Of a stretch of 64,000 bases of DNA, positions 18,696 to 26,891 are shown in pieces. This DNA comes from an uncultured Christensenellaceae bacterium (GTDB lineage: Bacteria > Bacillota > Clostridia > Christensenellales > CAG-1252): positions 91,986 to 155,985 of the forward strand of contig CAYMNK010000004.1 in NCBI GenBank assembly GCA_964391805.1, given 5' to 3'. Position 1 is the stretch's first letter. Each line of letters begins with the position of its first letter. Under the pieces are notes generated by a model. The model was not told the origin of the DNA and made no database searches. It was given only the letters and a program-made list of their open reading frames with translations. The position numbers and the translations under genes were made by a program.

Positions 18696-18962
18696 ATATA
18701 CTCCTAACACTTTATACAAAGTGAATTATAATGAATAGTCAATTTGTTTTAGTTTTACAACACATAGCATCCGTATTATAAAACATCAAATAGATTATAC
18801 CATACTTTTTGGAATTTTTAAACATTTTTTTAAATATTTAATAAAAATATTATTTTTCTCCAAAGAAATGTGTTTATTTCACGGAAAATGTCAAATTAAC
18901 GACTTTTTTAATCAACTATTCGCAAAAAGTTGACATTAACCCTTGCGAATAGTTTGATTCAA

Positions 18963-19829
18963 CTACATCCTCGACTTGGAATGGAAGATTATTGCCGTAG
19001 TTCCCGGACCACAGTGTGCTCCGATAACAGGTCCTACAGGATAATGCCATATTTCGGATGAAGGATATTTTTCTCTAATCGTCTCTTCGAGTTTACCGCC
19101 CAACTCGGGATTATCCGCATCGAGAACGACGATGGGATATTTTTCAAGTTCGCTACCTAATTCATCGAGTTTTTCCATAAAGTATTTGATTGCTTTTTTC
19201 TCGCCTTTTACTTTATCTACAACCTCGAGTTTACCTTCGTCGGTAATCGTAATCATCGGCTTAATTGCCAATACAGAACCTAAGATTGCCGAACTCTTAC
19301 TGAGTCTACCACCGCGATGTAAATGCATCAAATCGTCCACCATAAAACAAACGCCTACATGATGTGTGAATTCCTTAAGAAATTCAACTGTTTCTTCAAC
19401 ACTGTGTCCCTCTTGGAAATATTTGATTGCAAAATAAACTTGATAACCTGCACCGAAAGAAATACTCTTGGTGTCGAATCTGGTAAATTTAACTCCGGGA
19501 TACTTTTCGTTTAATTCTCTTAATGCAACCTCTAAATGGTTAAACGTACCGCTCATTTGGTCGGAAAAACTTATGTAGAAAATTTCTTCGCCCTTAGCAA
19601 AATACGGCTCGAATATCTCAATATATTGGGTAGGATTCAATGCAGATGTAATGGGCATCGATCCTTTACGGATTCTCGAATAGAAATCCTTAAAATCGGT
19701 ATTTCTACCAAGGTCGTAGAAAGTTTCTTCGCCATCGATGGTATAAGGCATTTTGATAACTTGTGCACCGAGCTCGTCGGCTTGAGTATACCACAATTCA
19801 CAGTCTGTATCAAAGAAAATTACGCTCAT
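18963..19829 (-). CDS. degV: DegV-family fatty-acid-binding protein
   Basis: Typical DegV length and N-terminus (IFFDTDCELWYTQADELG...), with C-terminal GPVIGAHCGPGT. Confidence 0.85.
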   Translation of the reverse strand: MSVIFFDTDCELWYTQADELGAQVIKMPYTIDGEETFYDLGRNTDFKDFYSRIRKGSMPITSALNPTQYIEIFEPYFAKGEEIFYISFSDQMSGTFNHLEVALRELNEKYPGVKFTRFDTKSISFGAGYQVYFAIKYFQEGHSVEETVEFLKEFTHHVGVCFMVDDLMHLHRGGRLSKSSAILGSVLAIKPMITITDEGKLEVVDKVKGEKKAIKYFMEKLDELGSELEKYPIVVLDADNPELGGKLEETIREKYPSSEIWHYPVGPVIGAHCGPGTTAIIFHSKSRM

Positions 19830-19929
19830 TTTTATTTCTCCTTTTTCGTTTTATCTAAAAATATTGCTATAAATAAACAACGAGGCTTATTAAACACAAG
19901 CCCCGTTATCAATTTAAAGATTTCAATTA

Positions 19930-20397
19930 TTAAAAGTTTTCATCGATTTTTACGACTTCACTTAGTTCGTATTGATTGATAGCCTTTGCATCATTGTCAT
20001 ACTTACAAGTGATTCTCTGCTTATAGTACTTAGTATATACGATTACTGACCATTCTTGACTCTTTAACTTGGAACTTGTACTTAATATAATATGTATGGA
20101 ATCATCGCTACAAGATGTTACGTTTGTACCTGTGTTATCATCAATAACAAGATCAGGCATATCTTGTTTTAGAAGTGCCGTCAAACCATCTTTAGTCTCT
20201 TTATAATCGTCCAATGAAATATAATACTGAAGTTGAGTCTTCAAGCTGGAAGCTGCATCAGTAACGGGTGTTTTACGCGCATTGTTCAAAACAGCAATGG
20301 TAGCCACTGTAGCGGTACCAGCCAAAATCGCAAGAATTGCGATAACTACTACTAATTCAACGAGGGTGAAACCTCTTTTCTTTTTAAATATTCTCAT
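19930..20397 (-). CDS. Prepilin-type N-terminal cleavage/methylation-domain protein (type IV pilin / pseudopilin-like)
   Basis: MRIFKKKRGFTLVELVVVIAILAIL is the class III signal. Start placed at ATG 20397, which has GGAGG 5 nt upstream. Confidence 0.8.
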   Translation of the reverse strand: MRIFKKKRGFTLVELVVVIAILAILAGTATVATIAVLNNARKTPVTDAASSLKTQLQYYISLDDYKETKDGLTALLKQDMPDLVIDDNTGTNVTSCSDDSIHIILSTSSKLKSQEWSVIVYTKYYKQRITCKYDNDAKAINQYELSEVVKIDENF

Positions 20398-20487
20398 AGA
20401 TTCCTCCATAACTTCTTCATTGCGAAATCAAAAATATTATACTATATTCGCTTTTCGCTTGTCAATAGTCAATAAATTATAAAACTA

Positions 20488-21456
20488 TTATTTTTTCTTA
20501 TTTAATGCTAATTTCTTTAATTTTTTCTGTATTCTTACATTTTTTGCGCCCCTTTTCAACAATAAAAGAACGGTTGATATCCCTAATACTATTCCGAAAT
20601 AACTAAAAAACGGATAAACTGTAGTCACCATAGAATCAAACGGGAATACCGATATCAAAAAACAAAATACAAAAGTAAACGCGTAAACAGTTTTATTGTC
20701 AAAGTATCTCTTACCGAATTCGTTACTGATTTCTAAGCAGTTCACCATCGTTGAATAAATGGCTAAAATAATTACAATATAGGCTAACCACCCTAATCCG
20801 TGAGCATTGCTCGATACAAGAAAGGGCATCACGTCACTTATGGGCAAACACGCTTTTCGCATGCATATTATCAACACACCTATTCCAACGCTAACCGCTA
20901 ATCCGCATAATGAAATATCTTTACCCGACATTTCCCGTCCTTCTCGATACATTAGTGCACTTTCGAAGAATATATTCATACAAGAATATCCAAAGCCCTT
21001 TAAGAATAAAAAATTCCCTTCGATTTTCCCGTTATTGATAATCGCTACCGCCAAAACAGCAATTATGATCATGGCCACGGCAATTACATTGAATATTTTC
21101 ATTGCTCTATTGCCGAAAACCGAAATAAGCATACAAGCAGTTAGGGATATAAGTACTATAAAAGGGGAATGCGCTATTTCTTGTATTGCCGAAAGCATTA
21201 TTCCGACCGTCACCAATCCCGAAATCGCAAACACTCCGCCGAGAATTAGTTCGCTTTTTTCGTTTAACAATCTCTTTTTGCCGGCATACAACATCAAGGA
21301 GCATAATCCGCCTGCAGTAACGGCGGAAATTAATATGGTAAATATATCGGACGAATCAAAGTATAATTGCACTTCTTGTCCAGTGGCGAAGCCTGCTCCG
21401 ACCATAGTTCCTATATATACAAGGGCGACTCTTAACCAATTTGCTCTATTCTTCAT
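20488..21456 (-). CDS. YkvI-family polytopic membrane protein
   Basis: IGTMVGAGFATGQE motif near the N-terminus and about 10 TM segments. The start is uncertain (ATG 21456 or TTG 21483). Confidence 0.65.
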   Translation of the reverse strand: MKNRANWLRVALVYIGTMVGAGFATGQEVQLYFDSSDIFTILISAVTAGGLCSLMLYAGKKRLLNEKSELILGGVFAISGLVTVGIMLSAIQEIAHSPFIVLISLTACMLISVFGNRAMKIFNVIAVAMIIIAVLAVAIINNGKIEGNFLFLKGFGYSCMNIFFESALMYREGREMSGKDISLCGLAVSVGIGVLIICMRKACLPISDVMPFLVSSNAHGLGWLAYIVIILAIYSTMVNCLEISNEFGKRYFDNKTVYAFTFVFCFLISVFPFDSMVTTVYPFFSYFGIVLGISTVLLLLKRGAKNVRIQKKLKKLALNKKK

Positions 21457-21539
21457 AAAAAAGATTATGATTTGTAATTTCAATATAAAACCACACTTCT
21501 AAAAAACACATTTACAAAGGTTGATGCATATTATTATTT

Positions 21540-21797
21540 ATGGACGATCTCGAACTACTGAAAAACTTATTATCACTATCGGGTGTGAAGAATCAAAAAC
21601 TGTGCAAAACCTTGACAATGCTCGAATCTGTCCGAAAAATAAACAAGGAAGGATTTAGTCAAGAATCGGTAGTCGGACTACTATCTCAATACAATCCAAA
21701 ACTCAAACCGCTGGTTGCGATTCTTAAAAACGAGGGCAAAAAAGATGCTAACGCCGATAAGGGCGATTCGGTGCAATATAATCGTCCATTTAAGTAA
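21540..21797 (+). CDS. Hypothetical small protein
   Basis: 85-aa ORF with no SD and no recognised family. It is closely followed by the next small ORF. Confidence 0.4.
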   Translation: MDDLELLKNLLSLSGVKNQKLCKTLTMLESVRKINKEGFSQESVVGLLSQYNPKLKPLVAILKNEGKKDANADKGDSVQYNRPFK

Positions 21798-21808
21798 CGA
21801 GGAGTGTA

Positions 21809-22075
21809 ATGAAATCAATCAAAGAACAAATTAAAAAGAAAAACAAAAACGCTAAGGTGGAAAACTCAATCGATATGAATCAATCAATTGAGGAATTGTC
21901 TCAAAAAAGCGAAAGCGAACTAATGAGTGAACTATTATCGGTCGCAAGCGCAAAAAGAAAAGACGGAACGCTCGATAACTCTTCTTTAGAAGAATTCCAC
22001 AAGGCAATCGCTCCGTCCTTAAATAACGAACAACTAAATAAACTGAACGAAATAATCGATATGTTAAAGAAATAG
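21809..22075 (+). CDS. Hypothetical small helical protein
   Basis: 88-aa ORF with GAGGAG SD at correct spacing. No recognised family. Confidence 0.55.
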   Translation: MKSIKEQIKKKNKNAKVENSIDMNQSIEELSQKSESELMSELLSVASAKRKDGTLDNSSLEEFHKAIAPSLNNEQLNKLNEIIDMLKK

Positions 22076-22100
22076 TTTTACAAAACGATTTTTGATAATG

Positions 22101-23348
22101 CTATTTTGAGAGAATTTCAAGTGCTTTAACGATTTCTGCATCCTCGTTAAGTGTGTGAATGTCGCTCTTAGCAACCGTGATATCGGGCACGATTCCGTTC
22201 TCATGAATACAGTATCTACCCTCTTCGTATGACGGATCTATTATATAATAGTAACCACTTACAAGCATTATATAGTAACTGTCATTAATGGCTTCCGACG
22301 TATCTGTAATGTCTTCGATTTTGGGCGAACTCGATTGAAAAACGCCTTTACCGAATGTTTTATTACCTATTACTGTAGTATTTTGAGAATTATATGCCCT
22401 AAGTGCACCTGTGAGTGCTTCAGCGGCGGAAGCGGTGTTTTCATCTACTAAAACGGTGACGGGAATATCTACATAGTTATCTTCGCTGACCTTTACCATT
22501 ACTTCGGCATTTTCCTTGGCGTATGTGAGACTGAGAATATCTCGAGGTTGTCCGTCATCGAGTGGCACAAAGTATGATGCAATATGCGATAATATGGAAG
22601 CTGAACCGCCGGGATTACCACGAAGATCGAGTATAAGAGAAGATTTGCCGTCATCGACCAATGACGCCATACAAGCATCAAATTCGTCTTTAACACTTAC
22701 AACAATTCCGCTCGATAGTTTTGTCTCGGAAAAATCGGTAAGTTTAATGTAGCCCACTTCATCGCTTATATCCGATAGATAGTAAGCACGAGGTACGTAT
22801 TTTTCCACCTTTGTATACGAATAATCGCCGATTATCTCGCCGTTTCTCTTGATCGTAAAGACAAGCTCGGTACCGACTCCGCCTGCATTGAGGCTGTTAA
22901 ATAGGGTGTACGAAGCTCCCTCTACCCTCTCGCCATTGATTGCATATATAAAATCACCTCTCATTAAGTGGAAACCGTCCGATTTCACTTCATCGGCAGG
23001 AAAACCGTCATAGATATGGTTGATTATATATTCGTTATACTTAGTGCGAGAAATGCTAATTCCTATGGTAGCATTCGATATCGTAGAAACCGTGTCGTCA
23101 GTCAAATATGAAAAATCGTCAAGTGCAGTAATTAATGCATATGCTGTCATATAGTCCATTTTGTCAAGGTCGACATCGCCTATATAGTTTGCCTTGACAT
23201 ACTCGACAACCTTACCAAGCAGGTCAAAATCATCGCTCCAATCACCTTTCGGCGTATTATTCCCCGTAACAATATATCCGCAAGAACATGCAAGCAATAC
23301 TGATAATATAATCATTATACAAAGAGTTATTTTGATAGTTCGTTTCAT
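22101..23348 (-). CDS. S41-family C-terminal processing peptidase, lipoprotein
   Basis: Signal peptide ending in the lipobox LLACSC. LILDLRGNPGGS and TASAAE S41 catalytic-region motifs, plus a PDZ-like middle region. Confidence 0.8.
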   Translation of the reverse strand: MKRTIKITLCIMIILSVLLACSCGYIVTGNNTPKGDWSDDFDLLGKVVEYVKANYIGDVDLDKMDYMTAYALITALDDFSYLTDDTVSTISNATIGISISRTKYNEYIINHIYDGFPADEVKSDGFHLMRGDFIYAINGERVEGASYTLFNSLNAGGVGTELVFTIKRNGEIIGDYSYTKVEKYVPRAYYLSDISDEVGYIKLTDFSETKLSSGIVVSVKDEFDACMASLVDDGKSSLILDLRGNPGGSASILSHIASYFVPLDDGQPRDILSLTYAKENAEVMVKVSEDNYVDIPVTVLVDENTASAAEALTGALRAYNSQNTTVIGNKTFGKGVFQSSSPKIEDITDTSEAINDSYYIMLVSGYYYIIDPSYEEGRYCIHENGIVPDITVAKSDIHTLNEDAEIVKALEILSK

Positions 23349-23424
23349 ATGTATTTTTCCTATTAAAGTGAAGTGTTTTTGATAAAATTACTTACTGCGT
23401 AAGTAACATTCTATTTTTACAATA

Positions 23425-24450
23425 CTAAGCACAATAAATGAGTCGCTCGGTAACTTTGTCGTACAATGCAATTTTATCAAGATCGAGGTCCACTGAAGAC
23501 GAATCGACAGCAGAATAAAACTCGACTCCGTTAATCATAATCAAATGTATATTTCCGGTCGTGGTAGTCAAAGAATGAATGCTTTGAGCGGGTATTTCTC
23601 CATCTATCAATGCATCGGGTTTAAATCCCAATAAAACACTCTTTCCAATGTAACTTTCGGCTAAAGTTTCCTCTAATGATAACTCAAAATGGTGGTCAAG
23701 AAGTTCAAAACCGCTCTCTTTCAATAAGACTTCCACTTTATTGTAGAATGGAAAAAATAATTCCGCAGTTTGTAAACATTTGGGCTTTTTCAAAAATTCC
23801 GATGGTAATCCGCTCTCAAGATTGTAGCCATACGATAAAACAAGGGTAGAACGATTAAGCAATTCGACTTCTTCCGCATTATCGGTTGCGTATATAATAA
23901 TCGAATCGGTACAGAACATATATTTCGCGAGCAGTGCAAATGTTCTCCGTCTTTCGGACGGATTAAGACAAGCAAGAGGGTTATCGAGAACAATAACTTT
24001 GCTTTGACGATAAAAAGCTCTAATCAATGCACTTTTGACTCTATCTTCATTGGATAAACGAAAAACGGCATCATCGAGCAAATAACGAGAAACCCCGAAT
24101 TTATCAAGCCATTCATTGATAATATCATTGCGTTCTTCAATAGGGATTTTACGCAACTTCAACGGATAATGAAGGTTATATTTAAGACTTCTACGCTCAA
24201 AAAAAGCAAGATCGTCAAAAACCATATTAACAGATGTGTTTCTATCTAATAATATGTTTTCTTCATCAAGTGTAATCGAACCGTCGTGAACATAGTTGAT
24301 ACCGGCTATTGCTTTCAAAAGGCTTGTTTTACCCGAACCGACATTGCCAAAAACTACATTCACACCCTCAGTGAAAATATGTGTTATAGAATGCAAGCAA
24401 TCGGCATGTCCAAAATAGTTAAGTGTTACTTCGTTTATTTTTAGTTCCAT
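23425..24450 (-). CDS. Orphan MalK/UgpC-like ABC ATPase homologue with degenerate catalytic motifs
   Basis: Walker A GNVGSGKTS is intact. The signature reads LSNED, Walker B reads VIVLDNP and the H-loop region reads YATDN. No adjacent permease gene. Confidence 0.7.
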   Translation of the reverse strand: MELKINEVTLNYFGHADCLHSITHIFTEGVNVVFGNVGSGKTSLLKAIAGINYVHDGSITLDEENILLDRNTSVNMVFDDLAFFERRSLKYNLHYPLKLRKIPIEERNDIINEWLDKFGVSRYLLDDAVFRLSNEDRVKSALIRAFYRQSKVIVLDNPLACLNPSERRRTFALLAKYMFCTDSIIIYATDNAEEVELLNRSTLVLSYGYNLESGLPSEFLKKPKCLQTAELFFPFYNKVEVLLKESGFELLDHHFELSLEETLAESYIGKSVLLGFKPDALIDGEIPAQSIHSLTTTTGNIHLIMINGVEFYSAVDSSSVDLDLDKIALYDKVTERLIYCA

Positions 24451-24514
24451 AAAAATATTATATATTTTTGTATTATCAATGTCAAGAGCGTTAGAAAAAT
24501 AACGTTTTACAATA

Positions 24515-24680
24515 AAAAGTATGCATTATTATATAATTTTTTTTCTGCGGATTTTAGATACCGACGCTATGCGTCGCCCTTCGGGTTCGACTACAGGACG
24601 GTGTCCTTCCGCTAAGTATGACGGGACGGGAATCAGTATGACATGATTGGGCGCTGACGCTTGCCATGATTGCGATACTT
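24515..24680 (+). repeat. Mosaic intergenic repeat locus R2 (one complete type-1 unit)
   Basis: GATACC, H1 (CGACGC-TAT-GCGTCG), H2 (CCC-TTC-GGG), GTTCGACTAC, H3 (AGGAC-GGT-GTCCT), TCCGCTAAGTATGAC, ...CAGTATGACATGATTGGGCGCTGACGCTTGCC. Confidence 0.85.
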
Positions 24681-24694
24681 TTACAAATAAAGCG

Positions 24695-26011
24695 TTAGTT
24701 TAAGCTATTAACTGTTCCTGAGAAAAGTACTGCACCGTAAGTATCGGTAATAACGAAACCAAAGGCTCTGTCAACAATATAGTCATGATATACCTCTGTG
24801 TATCCTTCCAGAGGACCTGCGGCTCCTGCCATCGGCATAATTGTTACGGCAGCACCTTCGATTCCTCTATCGGTTACATCGATGCTACATTTATGAATGA
24901 CCGCGTCGCAAGCAATTTCCTCATCGGTTATATTTGAAAAATCACATTCTTCACTATTGAACAAACTATTGATTCCGAAATCGTTTTTAAGAATGTCGGC
25001 AAGGTCATCGTCATATGAAGCATTATATTCGGGAAATAAGACTCTTGTATTATGCAACAGTTTATTTTCTTCGTCAATATATCCGTAATTGCCAATATTG
25101 TTGATATTGTATAAATTTTCCGTTGTAAATACTTCGTTAAGGGTTCGTCCGTCTGTAGGTACGATAAATTTTATATTGAAACCATGTTCCGTTCTTGTAT
25201 AGAATGAAGTGTATCCATCGCCCTGATAAATATTCCCTGCAAAATAATATCCGCTTAACAACTTAGTAGTTTTTACCGTTCCGTCTACATTTTTAAAATC
25301 GTAGGCTTTATCGGTAAACCTAAGTTCATCGCCATCTTCGTTCCAAACCTCTTTGAGGTAAAAAGTGTTGATAAGTGTAAATAGTGTTTCGGGAGACAGT
25401 TCTATATCTCCGTCAATAATGCCGTGAGTCTTTTCTTTGATATAGGCATTGATTGCTTTTTTGGCTTCATATGTTTTATAGTCCACGTTAAACATGTCGC
25501 AATTGTAATTGTGCGCAAGATTGTTTATTCCATCATCTTTAAGTGACGTGCCTTTATTTACCCAAATCGAATTGGCAAGTTCCTCGAATGCAACAATCTT
25601 TTTATTATTCAAAATATCGGTATAGTAGAATTCGCGATTGGAAAAAGCATATAAAAACTTAGTAAAATTATTTACTTCGTCGTAAGTAACACCCACTGCA
25701 TTCAATATTTCATCTCTCGTTTCACCGTTCGCACACTCGGTTGCAAGAGCAAGTGCCATATAAACCGAAACAGGTGAAATGCTAATATTTGATTTTTTAT
25801 CACTATCCGCGTATACCTCATAGGTCAATTTAACGGAAAAAGCGTCCAATTTATCAAGAAATTCTGCATAACCCTCCTGTTTAGAATCAGAATAATTAAC
25901 TTCAATCGCATCCGAAGCATAAGCGATAGTATAATCACCGAGATTAACCGAACAAGATGAAAAAGCAATACACATTATTACGATGAGTATTAAGGCTATT
26001 ATTTTCTTCAT
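24695..26011 (-). CDS. Serpin-family protease inhibitor, predicted lipoprotein
   Basis: Serpin-length protein with hinge/RCL region DRGIEGAAVTIMPMAGAAGP near the C-terminus. Signal peptide with FSSC lipobox. Start at ATG 26011 has GGAGG 8 nt upstream. Confidence 0.8.
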   Translation of the reverse strand: MKKIIALILIVIMCIAFSSCSVNLGDYTIAYASDAIEVNYSDSKQEGYAEFLDKLDAFSVKLTYEVYADSDKKSNISISPVSVYMALALATECANGETRDEILNAVGVTYDEVNNFTKFLYAFSNREFYYTDILNNKKIVAFEELANSIWVNKGTSLKDDGINNLAHNYNCDMFNVDYKTYEAKKAINAYIKEKTHGIIDGDIELSPETLFTLINTFYLKEVWNEDGDELRFTDKAYDFKNVDGTVKTTKLLSGYYFAGNIYQGDGYTSFYTRTEHGFNIKFIVPTDGRTLNEVFTTENLYNINNIGNYGYIDEENKLLHNTRVLFPEYNASYDDDLADILKNDFGINSLFNSEECDFSNITDEEIACDAVIHKCSIDVTDRGIEGAAVTIMPMAGAAGPLEGYTEVYHDYIVDRAFGFVITDTYGAVLFSGTVNSLN

Positions 26012-26267
26012 AAATTTGACCTCCATTTAGGTTATGCGATAGTGATTTAATGATACGCATAAAACATTGAGTATAGTGAAAATTGTATAATTCTACCATT
26101 TCTTTAGCATTTACCATAAATCATTACTTATATTATACACCATATGCTTTGTTAATTCAACCGCATAAACAAAAAATAGTGAAGATCCCCATTGCTTTGT
26201 TAATGTGGATATGGCGATTACTAATCGTCGCTATAAGATTTAAAATATATTATTGTTTGCAATAAAA

Positions 26268-26770
26268 AAGTATGCACACAAACAAACTCTTTCTTGTAAG
26301 GATTTAGATTCCGACGCTATGCGTCGCCCTAACGGGTTCGACTACGGGTTGTCACCCTTCGCTCAGAATGACATTTGATGGAGTCCGCCGTCATACTGAG
26401 CGTAGCGTAAGCGGAGTCGAAATTCGAGTGTAACGAGAATCAAACGGCGAAGGCGTTTGGTATCTTGCGGACGATAAAGAATAGTCAATTGAACGACTTC
26501 CTTTTTTAATGTGGAATAAGATACCGACGCGTTGCGTCGCTGCTACGCAGTTCGACTTCAGGGCGATGCCCTTTCGCTCAGTATGACAGCGGACGAAATT
26601 GGCTCAGTATGACGGCGGATGAAACCGACTTAGTTAGATATATATTTATCCGCAATATTGCGAAGCAATACATCATTTGCCGTAAGGCAAACATCATTCA
26701 TCATTATGCGTAGCATAACATCATTTACAATGAAGGGACGGAACAGTATGACATTGATGGTATCTGCGTA
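26268..26770. repeat. Mosaic intergenic repeat locus R3 (two type-1 units, one inverted type-2 unit, mini-hairpin triplet)
   Basis: Type-1 units at 26299-26383 and 26511-26625. The type-2 unit at 26384-26473 is the reverse complement of 7229-7311. Three hairpin+ACATCATT units span 26657-26725. Confidence 0.85.
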
Positions 26771-26787
26771 AAAATTGGTGATAATAA

Positions 26788-26819
26788 TGCGAAAACGGTG
26801 GGAGCAAAGCTACCCACCG
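26788..26819 (-). terminator. Rho-independent terminator of the ABC transporter operon
   Basis: Minus strand: CGGTGGG-TAGCTTTGCT-CCCACCG followed by TTTTCG. Confidence 0.6.
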
Positions 26820-26891
26820 CCGCATAAGGGGATAAAGAGGAAATTTATGATTCAACATTGTGTATTGTTGATGTCAATATATATCAATCTA

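Noticed and set aside
20807-21502. 231-aa ORF antisense to the YkvI-family gene, and similar long antisense ORFs (32769-33338, 47386-47823, 52791-53195, 45368-45754, 60392-60733, 13642-14010)
   Set aside because: Each lies fully inside a well-supported minus-strand gene with recognisable family motifs. Their translations are low-complexity Ser/Thr/Ile/Pro-rich mirror products with no SD.
24577-24594. GGTTCGACTAC word as a tRNA T-arm or tRNA-derived element
   Set aside because: It resembles GGTTCGAATCC, but no 5-bp T-stem, acceptor stem or anticodon arm can be drawn around it. The surrounding hairpins do not form a cloverleaf.
26083-26265. ORF 26083-26265 (+), 60 aa
   Set aside because: It is AT-rich intergenic DNA upstream of the serpin, with no SD and low-complexity hydrophobic translation. 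It most likely contains the serpin promoter.
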